Assembly (NCBI GenBank): GCA_964481035.1
Contig: CAYZSE010000004.1
Coordinates: forward strand, 1-51,297
DNA from: an uncultured Geminicoccaceae bacterium
GTDB lineage: Bacteria > Pseudomonadota > Alphaproteobacteria > Geminicoccales > Geminicoccaceae
Length of the DNA: 51,297 nt
Reading direction: 5' to 3'
The notes under the pieces were generated by a model. That model saw only the letters and a list, made by a program, of their open reading frames with translations, ran no database searches and was not told the origin of the DNA. Every line of letters starts with the position of its first letter. Position 1 is the first letter of the stretch. Shown here piece after piece: positions 35,050-43,696 of this stretch. Both the position numbers and the translations under genes were made by a program.

Positions 35050-35264
35050 CGGCCGCTCCGTGCGGTGGCGCCGCAGAGCGTAGCCGCGGAGGATGACAAC
35101 AGTTCTAGCTCTAAGCGCTAAAGAGTGCTCCCGGTTCTTCAACCTTAAGTGTTAGACGCCACGTCGCAATCGTGGTGGCGATGCGGGCCGCCGCTTTCCC
35201 GGGCCGCATCTCACTCAAGTCCCACGGCACACCCGACAACGGTGAACGCAGCCGATCGTGGGCG

Positions 35265-35339
<75 letters not shown>

Positions 35340-35416
35340 GGAGGCGGAACCGTGGCCTTTCAAGGCGGCGTGGGGTATGCCACAGCCATTGGAGGCGGGC
35401 AAGGACCGAGGAAGTC

Positions 35417-35572
35417 ATGGGCGAGGAGACGGCGGAGCCGGCCGGCCGGCCGCGGCGCGAGCGGCGCCGGCCCGATCGCGAGGCCGAGGTGGCCGAGCAG
35501 ATGCGCGCCAACCTGCTCAAGCGGAAGGCGCGCCAGCGGGCGCTGCGCGACACGAACCAGAAGGACAGTTGA
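35417..35572 (+). CDS. Small highly charged hypothetical protein (51 aa)
   Basis: Sequence MGEETAEPAGRPRRERRRPDREAEVAEQMRANLLKRKARQRALRDTNQKDS. GAGGAA lies just upstream of ATG 35417. The upstream part of track ORF 35258..35572 overlaps the tRNA and is spurious. Confidence 0.4.
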   Translation: MGEETAEPAGRPRRERRRPDREAEVAEQMRANLLKRKARQRALRDTNQKDS

Positions 35573-35654
35573 GCGGCGCCGCCGCCGCGACGGCGGTTGA
35601 GCGGCGCGGTCGCGTCTCCTACAACGGTGCTCCTTTCCCCATGGGTGGAGTCGA

Positions 35655-36917
35655 ATGGACAAGATCGTGATCGAAGGGGGCCGACGGCTCGAGGGACGCA
35701 TTGCCGTGAGTGCCGCCAAGAATGCCGCCCTGCCGATCATGGCGACCGCGCTGCTGTCCGCCGACCCGCTCGACCTCGAGAACGTGCCCGACCTCGCCGA
35801 CATCTCCTCGATGCGGCGCCTGCTCCAGCTTCTCGGCGTCGAGGCCACCCACAAGGCCGGCGTCGCGGGCCAGGTCGTCCTGCATTGTCCCGAGGTCATG
35901 TCGACGACCGCACCCTACGACCTGGTCCGCAAGATGCGTGCGTCCGTGCTGGTCCTCGGCCCCTTGCTCGCGCGGGCGGGCGAGGCGCGCGTCTCGTTGC
36001 CGGGGGGCTGCGCCATCGGCACCCGTCCGGTCGACATCCACCTCGCCGGGCTGGAGGCGATGGGCGCGGAGATCCGGCTCGAAGGTGGCTACATCCTGGC
36101 GACGACGCCGAAGGGCCTCTTGGGTGCCGAATACCTCATGCCCAAGGTCTCGGTCGGCGCCACCGAGAACCTGATGATGGCAGCCTCGCTCGCCCGCGGC
36201 CGCACGGTCCTGCGCAACTGCGCGCGCGAGCCCGAGATCGTCGATCTCGCCGCCTGCCTCACCGCGATGGGTGCGCGGATCGCGGGCGCCGGCACCTCGA
36301 CCATCGAGATCGACGGCGTCGAGGCGCTGGGCGCCGCCACGCACCGCATCATCCCCGACCGGATCGAGACCGCGACTTATGCCGTCGCGGCCGGCGTGAC
36401 CCGTGGCCGGATCGAGATCGACGGCGCGGACCCGAGCCTGTTCGGCGACGCCCTGGACAAGCTGCAGCGTACCGGCCTCGCCATCGAGGCCATGAACGGC
36501 GGCATCGTCGTCGACGGCACGGGCCGTATCGAAGGCGTCGACGTCATGACGCAACCCTTTCCGGGCTTCGCCACCGACATCCAAGCGCAGTTCATGGCGC
36601 TGATGTGCACCGCCGAGGGGGCTTCGATGATCACCGAGACGATCTTCGAAAACCGCTTCATGCACGTCCCGGAGCTGCACCGCATGGGCGCGCAGATCAA
36701 CGTGCAGGGCGCCTCGGCGCTCGTGCGCGGCGTCGACCGGCTCAAGGGGGCGCCGGTCATGGCGACCGATCTGCGCGCCTCGGTCTCGCTCGTGCTCGCG
36801 GGCCTCGCCGCCGAAGGCACGACCGAGCTCAACCGCGTCTACCACCTCGATCGCGGCTACGCCGACCTCGAGCGCAAGCTCAGGGCGTGCGGCGCGCAGA
36901 TCGAGCGGATGGCATGA
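35655..36917 (+). CDS. murA: UDP-N-acetylglucosamine 1-carboxyvinyltransferase
   Basis: Contains [28 protein letters not shown] and the active-site Cys region [17 protein letters not shown]-terminus [13 protein letters not shown]. Confidence 0.95.
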   Translation: MDKIVIEGGRRLEGRIAVSAAKNAALPIMATALLSADPLDLENVPDLADISSMRRLLQLLGVEATHKAGVAGQVVLHCPEVMSTTAPYDLVRKMRASVLVLGPLLARAGEARVSLPGGCAIGTRPVDIHLAGLEAMGAEIRLEGGYILATTPKGLLGAEYLMPKVSVGATENLMMAASLARGRTVLRNCAREPEIVDLAACLTAMGARIAGAGTSTIEIDGVEALGAATHRIIPDRIETATYAVAAGVTRGRIEIDGADPSLFGDALDKLQRTGLAIEAMNGGIVVDGTGRIEGVDVMTQPFPGFATDIQAQFMALMCTAEGASMITETIFENRFMHVPELHRMGAQINVQGASALVRGVDRLKGAPVMATDLRASVSLVLAGLAAEGTTELNRVYHLDRGYADLERKLRACGAQIERMA

Positions 36918-37324
36918 ACGCGGCGCTCAGGCTGCGCGCCGCCGATGGCGAGGACTTGTGCGTTCTCGCCGCCGTGCTTCAGGACGCGCGGGCGCCTCTC
37001 AACGAGATGGTCTTCGAGCCCGACGCTCAGCGCTTCATGGCGGCCTTCACCCGGGTCCGGCACGAGTGCGGCACGTCCGCCGGCGCCGGGCCCAGCTGCA
37101 TGAGCGTGCTCCGCCTCGATGCGGTCCATGCCGTGCGCTGGCGCGGCCTGGAGCCGAGCCGCCCGGAGGTGGAGCACGTCGTCCTGACGCTTCTCGAGGA
37201 GGCACCCGGCCGCGTCCTGCTGGTCTTTCGCGGCGGCGAAGCCATCCGCTTCGAGGTCGAGCGGATCGACGCCCGGCTCGAGGACGTGGTCGTGGGCGCG
37301 CGCGACGACGGAAGACGCCATTGA
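36914..37324 (+). CDS. DUF2948 family protein
   Basis: [21 protein letters not shown]...[11 protein letters not shown]...F.RVR.E resembles the conserved alphaproteobacterial protein found between murA and hisD. The ATG overlaps the murA stop (ATGA). Confidence 0.7.
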   Translation: MNAALRLRAADGEDLCVLAAVLQDARAPLNEMVFEPDAQRFMAAFTRVRHECGTSAGAGPSCMSVLRLDAVHAVRWRGLEPSRPEVEHVVLTLLEEAPGRVLLVFRGGEAIRFEVERIDARLEDVVVGARDDGRRH

Positions 37325-38613
37325 CCTGGCGGCTCGACACGCGCGCGGAGGGTTTCGACGCCGCGTTCGAGCGCTTGGTCAGCGCGCGGCGGGAGACCGG
37401 CGGTGACGTGCGGACGGCGGTCGCGGACATCATCGCCGCGGTGCGGCAAGATGGTGACGACGCCCTGCGACGGTTCGGCATGCGCTTCGATGGCCTCGAC
37501 GACACGGCGCCGCTGCGCCTGACGGCCGACGAGATCGAAACCGCCGTCGTCGGGTGCGCGCGCGAGGATCTCGACGCTCTCGAGGTGGCGGCGACGCGGA
37601 TCCACGCCTTCCACGAGCGGCAGCGGCCCCGCGACGACGACCACGTCGATCATCTGGGCGTGCGCATGGGCTGGCGCTATCGGGCCATTTCGAGCGTCGG
37701 TCTCTATGTTCCCGGCGGCACGGCCGCATATCCCTCGAGCGTGCTGATGAACGCGGTGCCCGCACGGGTGGCCGGCTGCGAGCGCCTTGTCATGGCAGTG
37801 CCGACGCCGCGCGGGAGGCTCAACCCGCTCGTGCTCGCCGCGGCGCGGCTGCTCGGCATCGAGGAGATCTGGCGCATCGGCGGCGCTCAGGCCGTCGCCG
37901 CGCTCGCCTACGGCACGCGCACGCTGGCGCCGGTCGACAAGATCGTCGGCCCTGGCAACGCTTATGTCGCCGAGGCCAAGCGCCAGGTGTTCGGCGCGGT
38001 CGGCATCGACATGGTGGCGGGGCCTTCCGAGGTGCTCGTCGTCGCCGACGGCTCGGCCGACCCGGCCTGGATCGCCGCCGACCTGTTGAGCCAGGCCGAG
38101 CACGACGTCGACGCGCAAGCCATCCTGGTGACCGACGACGGCGGCCTGGCGGACGCGGTCGTCGCCGCCGTCGCCGCGCAGCTCGAGCGGCTCGAGCGGG
38201 CCGAGATCGCGCGCACCAGCTGGCAGCGCCACGGCGCGGTGCTGGTCACGGGCGACCTCGACGAGGCGCCGGCGCTCGTCGACCGTCTGGCGCCCGAGCA
38301 CCTGGAGCTGGTCGTCCGCGACCCCGAGCCCCTGCTCGCGCGGATCCGCCACGCTGGCAGCGTGTTCATCGGCGCGACGACCCCCGAGGTCATCGGCGAC
38401 TATGTCGGCGGGCCGAACCACGTCCTGCCGACGGGGCGCAGCGCGCGCTTCGCCTCCGGGCTCGGTGTCCTCGACTTCATGAAGAGGACGACGGTGCTGC
38501 AATGCCCGCCCGCGGCATTCGCCGAGCTCGGCCCGATCGCCGAGCGGCTCGCCCGCGCCGAGGGGCTCGACGGCCACGCCCGCGCGATCGCCTGTCGGCG
38601 AGGAGCGACATGA
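37321..38613 (+). CDS. hisD: Histidinol dehydrogenase
   Basis: Contains VGLYVPGGTAAYPSSVLMN, IVGPGNAYVAEAKR, LLSQAEHD and GDYVGGPNHVLPT. TTG at 37321 overlaps the upstream stop (TTGA). Confidence 0.93.
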   Translation: MTWRLDTRAEGFDAAFERLVSARRETGGDVRTAVADIIAAVRQDGDDALRRFGMRFDGLDDTAPLRLTADEIETAVVGCAREDLDALEVAATRIHAFHERQRPRDDDHVDHLGVRMGWRYRAISSVGLYVPGGTAAYPSSVLMNAVPARVAGCERLVMAVPTPRGRLNPLVLAAARLLGIEEIWRIGGAQAVAALAYGTRTLAPVDKIVGPGNAYVAEAKRQVFGAVGIDMVAGPSEVLVVADGSADPAWIAADLLSQAEHDVDAQAILVTDDGGLADAVVAAVAAQLERLERAEIARTSWQRHGAVLVTGDLDEAPALVDRLAPEHLELVVRDPEPLLARIRHAGSVFIGATTPEVIGDYVGGPNHVLPTGRSARFASGLGVLDFMKRTTVLQCPPAAFAELGPIAERLARAEGLDGHARAIACRRGAT

Positions 38614-39104
38614 CCCGGCCCGGCCACACCCCGACCGCCGAGACGTCGTGCATCAGCGGGGTCAAGCTCGACAACGAGACGCTGGTGCGCTGGTCGCCGG
38701 AGGTCGAGCACGAGCGCCAGGTCGCGATGTTCGACCTGCTCGAGGCCAACAGCTTCCGCCTGCTCGACGGGACCGCCGGGCCCTACGAGCTCGCGTTGAG
38801 CCTGGAGGATGCGACGCTCGTCATCGACGTCGAGGCACCGGGCGCGGAGCATGCCGAGGTCCGCCTGCCGGTCCGGCCTTTCCGCTCGCTCATCAAGGAC
38901 TACTTCCTGATTTGCGAAAGCTACTACAACGCCATCAAGACGGCGACGCCGAGCCGCATCGAAGCCATCGACATGGCCCGGCGCGGATTGCACAACGAAG
39001 GCTCGGATCAACTGAAAGACGCGTTGGCGGATCGTATCGAGATGGACGACAACACCGCGCGTCGGCTCTTCACCCTCGTCTGCGTTCTGCACATCCGCGG
39101 CTAG
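38610..39104 (+). CDS. UPF0262 family protein
   Basis: Contains EHERQVAMFDLLE.NSF, PYEL.LSLED..LVIDV, PFRSLIKDYFLICESYYNAIK and GLHNEGS..L. The ATG overlaps the hisD stop (ATGA). Confidence 0.75.
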   Translation: MTRPGHTPTAETSCISGVKLDNETLVRWSPEVEHERQVAMFDLLEANSFRLLDGTAGPYELALSLEDATLVIDVEAPGAEHAEVRLPVRPFRSLIKDYFLICESYYNAIKTATPSRIEAIDMARRGLHNEGSDQLKDALADRIEMDDNTARRLFTLVCVLHIRG

Positions 39105-39108
39105 GCTG

Positions 39109-39552
39109 GTGCGGGAACTTCCCGGCAGCGTGCTGTTCGCCTGCACCATGAACGCGATCCGCTCGCCGATGGCCGCCGCCATCTTGAAGTTCTTCCACCA
39201 TCGCCGGATCTACGTCGACAGCGTCGGTGTCCGCGCCGGTGCCGACGACCCCTTCGTGAGTGAGGTCCTTGACGAGATCGGGATCACGCTGCGCGGGCAC
39301 GTGGCGCAGGAGTTCGACGAGCTCGCCGACGACTTCTTCGACCTCGTCATCTCGCTGTCGCCCGAGGCGCACCACCGCGCCGTCGAGTTCATGCGCGATG
39401 CGTCGGTCGAGGTCGAGTTCTGGCCGATGCCCGACCCGAGCCTCGCGTCCGGCAGCCGCGCCCAGCGCGTCGACGCCTATCGCCACCTCCGCGATCGGCT
39501 CATGGAGCGCATCTACCATCGGTTCCCGCCCGAGGGCTCGCCCGCGCCGTGA
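39109..39552 (+). CDS. Low-molecular-weight phosphotyrosine phosphatase / ArsC-like family protein
   Basis: P-loop VLFACTMNAIRSPMA (CX5R-S). GTG start; GTG at 39130 is an alternative. Confidence 0.8.
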   Translation: MRELPGSVLFACTMNAIRSPMAAAILKFFHHRRIYVDSVGVRAGADDPFVSEVLDEIGITLRGHVAQEFDELADDFFDLVISLSPEAHHRAVEFMRDASVEVEFWPMPDPSLASGSRAQRVDAYRHLRDRLMERIYHRFPPEGSPAP

Positions 39553-39643
39553 GGCGCGCGCTCGCGGTGTGCACGCTTGATTCGCCGAGCGCGAACCGTC
39601 ATGTGACATGGGCGCGCGCGGCGCACCCCCACCCGGAGAGAGC

Positions 39644-39862
39644 ATGACGAAAGAGGACTTGATCGAGTTCAGCGGCACCGTGACCGAGGTGCTGCCCAAC
39701 GCGATGTTTCGAGTGAAGCTCGAGAACGAACACGAGATCCTGGCACACACTTCCGGCCGCATGCGCAAGAACCGTATCCGTGTGCTCACGGGCGACAAGG
39801 TCACCGTCGAGATGACCCCCTACGACCTGAGCCGGGGCCGGATCACCTACCGCTTCAAATAG
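39644..39862 (+). CDS. infA: Translation initiation factor IF-1
   Basis: Sequence [72 protein letters not shown]. Confidence 0.96.
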   Translation: MTKEDLIEFSGTVTEVLPNAMFRVKLENEHEILAHTSGRMRKNRIRVLTGDKVTVEMTPYDLSRGRITYRFK

Positions 39863-40443
39863 TGCCCGCCGCAACGCTGGTGCTGGCGTCGTCGTCGCCC
39901 CGCCGGCTCGCCCTCCTACGACAGATCGCGATCGAGCCCGACGCCGTCGTCGCGCCCGATGTGGACGAGGCCGTGGGCCGCAACGAGCTGCCGCCCGCCT
40001 ATGCACACCGCCTCGCCGCCGCCAAGGCCGACGCCGTGGCACGCGACCGCCCCGGCCACTTCGTGCTCGCGGCGGACACCGTGGTCGCCGCGGGTCGGCG
40101 GATTCTGGACCAGACCGAAGATCCGGAGCGCGCCCGGGCGACGCTCCAGCTCTTGAGCGGGCGGCGCCATCGCGTCTGGACCGCGGTGGCCGTGGTCGCG
40201 CCCGACGGCCGGCGCAGCGTCAAGTCCGCGCTGACCCAGGTGCGCTTCAAGCGCCTGGCGCGGGCCGAGATCGACGCTTACCTCGCCAGCGGCGAGTGGC
40301 GCGGCAAGGCCGGCGCCTACGCCATCCAGGGTCGCGCCGAGGCGTTCGTGCCGGCCATCAACGGCAGCTATTCCAACGTCGTGGGCCTGCCCCTCGCGCT
40401 CACCGCGGCGATGCTCGACGGCCTCGGCTGGCGGCGCCGGTGA
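39862..40443 (+). CDS. maf: Maf-like nucleoside triphosphate pyrophosphatase
   Basis: Contains LASSSPRR..LL, ADTVV and GKAGAYAIQG. The GTG shares 1 nt with the infA stop. Confidence 0.88.
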   Translation: MPAATLVLASSSPRRLALLRQIAIEPDAVVAPDVDEAVGRNELPPAYAHRLAAAKADAVARDRPGHFVLAADTVVAAGRRILDQTEDPERARATLQLLSGRRHRVWTAVAVVAPDGRRSVKSALTQVRFKRLARAEIDAYLASGEWRGKAGAYAIQGRAEAFVPAINGSYSNVVGLPLALTAAMLDGLGWRRR

Positions 40444-41636
40444 GCGTCCGCCTGGTCGTAGACGCCGGGCCGTTCGAGTGGCGGCTCGGCCGCGTCGCCG
40501 CCGACCGGCTCGTCGCCCTGCGCGTGGTCGATCTCGTCGACGGCATCGAGGACGTCCCCTTTCTCGCCCGGGTGACGGCGCATGCGCCCGAGCTCGGCGG
40601 CGTCTTCGCCGACATCGGGCGAACGGACGAGGTCTTCGTGCGGCTTCCCGGCCGGCTGCGACGTGCGCCACCCGCCGTCGGCGCCTCGCTTCTCGTCCAG
40701 GGCGTGCGCGACCCGACGCCGGAAAAGCCCGGCCGGGCCAGCCCCCGGGTGCGGCTGCGCGCGCATGGCCGAAGCCTCGAGTTCGATGATGCCTCGCCCG
40801 AGGACGCGAGCGGCTGCGCCCTGTTGCAGGCGAGCGTGCGGCACCTCGGTCGAGAGATCCGGGTTGACGGAGGGCCGCGGCCCTTGCTCGGCGAGGATCA
40901 CCGCCTGGAACTCGCGCTCGCGGAACTCGCCCACGGCGTCGGCGATCTGGTCGCCGATCGCGCGACGGCGCTGCGCGTGCGTCGCTGGCTCGACGGATGG
41001 GTGTCGCCGCCCGCGCTCACGGTCGCCGACGATCCGTGGCGCGAGGCGGGTGTCGAGGAAGCCTGGGCGGCGGCGGCCGATCCCGAGATCCCGCTCGCGG
41101 GCGGCGCCGCGCTCATCGTCGAGCGCACGCGCGCCTTCTGGGCGGTGGACGTCGACCGGCGGCGGCATCGTGGCAGCGCCCTGGCCGTCAACCGTGCGGC
41201 GAGTGACGGCCTCGCCGAGGCGGTGGCCGTTCGCGAACTCGCCGGGCAAATCGTCGTCGACTTTCTGGAGCCGGGCTCGCCGGCTGCGCGTTCGGAGCTG
41301 GCAACGGCGCTCGCAAAGGCGCTCGCACCGCAGGAGATCGAGGTCGTCGCCGTCCTCGGCTCGGGCTTGGCGGTGCTGGAACGGCCCAAGCGTCGGCTCG
41401 CCCTCGCCGAGCGCGATCGGCCCCCGCGGCGTACCGCCGAACGCATCGTCCGCCGCGCCGCGCGGCACGCCCGTCTCGCCGTGACCGCCGCCGCCGACGT
41501 CGACGCCCTCTTGGCTCGCGCCGACTACGCCGCGGCGGCCAGCCGCTGGCTCGCCGGCCGCGGCGGCACGCTGCGCGTCGAGCGCGACGCGGGCCTCGCA
41601 CCCGGCAGCTTCGTGGAGAAGGAGGCGCTCGGATGA
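40440..41636 (+). CDS. Ribonuclease E/G family protein (compact, 398 aa)
   Basis: S1-like segment [25 protein letters not shown]. Catalytic-core-like segments [19 protein letters not shown] and [12 protein letters not shown] overlaps the maf stop (GTGA). Confidence 0.7.
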   Translation: MSVRLVVDAGPFEWRLGRVAADRLVALRVVDLVDGIEDVPFLARVTAHAPELGGVFADIGRTDEVFVRLPGRLRRAPPAVGASLLVQGVRDPTPEKPGRASPRVRLRAHGRSLEFDDASPEDASGCALLQASVRHLGREIRVDGGPRPLLGEDHRLELALAELAHGVGDLVADRATALRVRRWLDGWVSPPALTVADDPWREAGVEEAWAAAADPEIPLAGGAALIVERTRAFWAVDVDRRRHRGSALAVNRAASDGLAEAVAVRELAGQIVVDFLEPGSPAARSELATALAKALAPQEIEVVAVLGSGLAVLERPKRRLALAERDRPPRRTAERIVRRAARHARLAVTAAADVDALLARADYAAAASRWLAGRGGTLRVERDAGLAPGSFVEKEALG

Positions 41637-41833
41637 CCGCGCGACCGCGACGTGCAGCCCGCCACGGGCGCTGTCCCGAGTGCGGCGCTACGAGCGAGCA
41701 ACGCACCCGCCCGTTCTGCTCGTCGCGCTGCCGCAACCGCGATCTTGCCCGCTGGCTCGACGGGGCCTACGCCGTCCCGGTCGTCGAGGAGAACGGCGCC
41801 GAGGCCGAATTCACTCGAGACGAAGACCGTTGA
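41633..41833 (+). CDS. yacG: DNA gyrase inhibitor YacG (zinc finger)
   Basis: Contains CPECG......[21 protein letters not shown]. The ATG overlaps the upstream stop (ATGA). Confidence 0.88.
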   Translation: MTARPRRAARHGRCPECGATSEQRTRPFCSSRCRNRDLARWLDGAYAVPVVEENGAEAEFTRDEDR

Positions 41834-42386
41834 GCAGCGCCTCGAATTGCCTGACGCGCTGGGCGCTCGCCGCCCGAAAGTCGATGGCAACCGGCAGCTC
41901 GTCGGTGAGCCGCAATTCTTGGTAGACGATGCCTTCGGCCACGGTCGCGTCGTAGCGGCAGCGCATCGACCACCGTCCCGGCGCCCGTTCGAGGGGCGCC
42001 TCGCAACCGGTGAGCGCCAAGGTCTCGACGCCGCGCAGCGCCCCGAGCAGGGCATCGAGCGACGGCTGAAGCGCCTCCGGTTTGATTGGGTTGTCAGGAT
42101 GTTGGACCCAGCTCTTGAGAGATTGGGCCAGCCCCGAGGTGTCGACGGTCATCTGCTCGCGCAGCCAGGCTTCGGGATCGTCGACGGGCGCGTCGAGCCG
42201 GCGCAGCCGGAGTTGGTTGAGCGCGGCGAGCGGCGTGTCGTCGCCCTGAACGACGGTGCTGCCATCGGCGAGCGTCCGGCATTCGAGCTCGAGGACCGCC
42301 GGCACGTCGAGCGCCGCGCAGAAATCTTGAGCGGCCGCCGCGAGCGGCGCGAGCACGCCGACGAGAGCGATCAGGCCGGCGCGCAT
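41811..42386 (-). CDS. Secreted hypothetical protein (191 aa, four Cys)
   Basis: Signal peptide [24 protein letters not shown]3 is high. No family recognised. Overlaps the convergent yacG by 23 nt. Confidence 0.6.
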   Translation of the reverse strand: MRAGLIALVGVLAPLAAAAQDFCAALDVPAVLELECRTLADGSTVVQGDDTPLAALNQLRLRRLDAPVDDPEAWLREQMTVDTSGLAQSLKSWVQHPDNPIKPEALQPSLDALLGALRGVETLALTGCEAPLERAPGRWSMRCRYDATVAEGIVYQELRLTDELPVAIDFRAASAQRVRQFEALLNGLRLE

Positions 42387-42643
42387 TTGGCGCCGACCAG
42401 GACATCGGCGACCTCGACGATGCGGCCGAGCCCGTGCGCCAGCTTGCGTGCGGTCGCGGCGTCGACGCCCGCGAGGTGCAGGTCGATGGCGATGGCGGCG
42501 CCAGGGGCCAGCTCGCCGTGATCGTCGAGGCGGGTGTGGCAGAGGGCCGGCACGACACCGTGGCGGGCGAGCACGTCGAAGACGCGCGGCAGCACGTAGG
42601 GCGAGGGCTCGGCGGTGAGCGAGAAGCAGGTTTCGGCGGTCAT
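42371..42643 (-). CDS. Small ACT-like domain protein (90 aa), hypothetical
   Basis: The beta-alpha-beta-beta-alpha-beta pattern (CFSLTAEPSPYVLPRVFDVLARHGVVP..CHT......AIAIDLHLAGVDAATARKLAHGLGRIVEVADV) resembles the ACT domain of acetolactate synthase small subunits. ATG at 42643 is preferred over the track start at 42781. Confidence 0.5.
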   Translation of the reverse strand: MTAETCFSLTAEPSPYVLPRVFDVLARHGVVPALCHTRLDDHGELAPGAAIAIDLHLAGVDAATARKLAHGLGRIVEVADVLVGAKCAPA

Positions 42644-42684
42644 AGGTCGATCCTGGCGTGGGTCTGAGCGAAGGCTCTCGTCGG

Positions 42685-42708
42685 CCCGGCGCTCAACGGA
42701 GCGCCGGG
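42685..42708. terminator. Perfect 10-bp GC-rich hairpin (CCCGGCGCTC-aacg-GAGCGCCGGG) in a 134-nt gap inside a same-strand gene string
   Basis: Read directly from the sequence. No U-tract follows on either strand, so it may be an attenuator or RNA-stability element rather than a classical terminator. Confidence 0.25.
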
Positions 42709-42777
42709 AGCCTAATTCGCCGGCCGTGGATCGACAGATACGCCATGTTCGGAGTGTCCGCCCGCGCGCCGCTTTCG

Positions 42778-43266
42778 TCAACCGTCCGAAAAGCGGCCGC
42801 CGGTCAGCTGCTCGAGATGGCCAAGACCCACCTGCGCCACCCGGTAGCGGCCGCGGGCGACGAGAAAGGCGCGCTTGGCGACGAGGTTCTGCTTCACCGA
42901 CTGCGACGGATTGCCGAGCTTCACCCCCTGCTCGAGGAGCAGACGGTTGGCGTCCGCCGTCGCGAAGGACCGCTCGGCGGCGCGGCGCTGCAGAAACCAG
43001 CCGGCGAGGAGCATGCGGTCCACGTCGGTGGCCGCGCGGGGCAGGGTCTGCAGCAACTCGCCGAAGCTCGTCGCCTCCGGGACCGGCTCGGCGGCGGCGG
43101 GCACGTTCGCCGCGGCGGGTGCTCCGGCCTCCAGGCGCCGCAGCAACGCCTCGATCCGCGCGGCGTAGCGGCCGACGAAGGCCTCGGTGCCCTCGACCTC
43201 GAATTCCCGCGCCTGCAGGTTGACCCGGAGCCGGGCGCGCGGGCCGTCGTCAGGCGGCGGGGACAT
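42778..43266 (-). CDS. Hypothetical protein (162 aa)
   Basis: ATG at 43266 overlaps the thioesterase stop by 17 nt. The layout is an N-terminal helical segment, an Ala/Pro linker, then a C-terminal globular domain (SFGELLQ...DRMLLAGWFLQ...NRLLLEQGVKLGNPSQSVKQN). No family recognised. Confidence 0.6.
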   Translation of the reverse strand: MSPPPDDGPRARLRVNLQAREFEVEGTEAFVGRYAARIEALLRRLEAGAPAAANVPAAAEPVPEATSFGELLQTLPRAATDVDRMLLAGWFLQRRAAERSFATADANRLLLEQGVKLGNPSQSVKQNLVAKRAFLVARGRYRVAQVGLGHLEQLTGGRFSDG

Positions 43267-43693
43267 GGATGCGCTCCATCACGGAACGCAACGCGGACGG
43301 GATCTCCGTCGGTCGCTGCGTGGCGCGCTCGACGAAGACGTGCACAAAATGGCCCTCCGCCGCGGCGTCGCCGCCGGCGGCGTTGAAGATGCCGATCTCG
43401 TAGCGCACCGACGAACGGCCGAGATGGCCGATCCGCAGCCCCGCGGCGACCCGGTCGGGATAGGCGAGCGAATGGTGAAAGCGGCAGCCCGTCTCGACCG
43501 CCACGCCCACGATCTCGCCGATGTGCGGATCGAAGCCACCTTCCTTGATGAGGAACTCGGCGATCAGCGTGTCGAAGTAGCTGTAGTAAACGACGTTGTT
43601 GACGTGCCCGTAGAGGTCGTTGTCCATCCAGCGTGTCTGGATGTCGACGAAGAAGCGATAGGCGTCGCGGGCGGCGGGTGGCTGCCGCGTCAT
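43250..43693 (-). CDS. Acyl-CoA thioesterase (4HBT/YbgC-like hotdog fold)
   Basis: Contains RWMDNDLYGHVNNVVYYSYFD, GCRFHHSLAYPD and FVHVFV. Confidence 0.85.
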   Translation of the reverse strand: MTRQPPAARDAYRFFVDIQTRWMDNDLYGHVNNVVYYSYFDTLIAEFLIKEGGFDPHIGEIVGVAVETGCRFHHSLAYPDRVAAGLRIGHLGRSSVRYEIGIFNAAGGDAAAEGHFVHVFVERATQRPTEIPSALRSVMERIHVPAA

Positions 43694-43696
43694 GGC

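Noticed and set aside
35181-35211. Hairpin downstream of tRNA-Thr as its terminator
   Set aside because: The stem GATGCGG...CCGCATC is only 7 bp, with an irregular interior and no U-tract. That is too weak to call.
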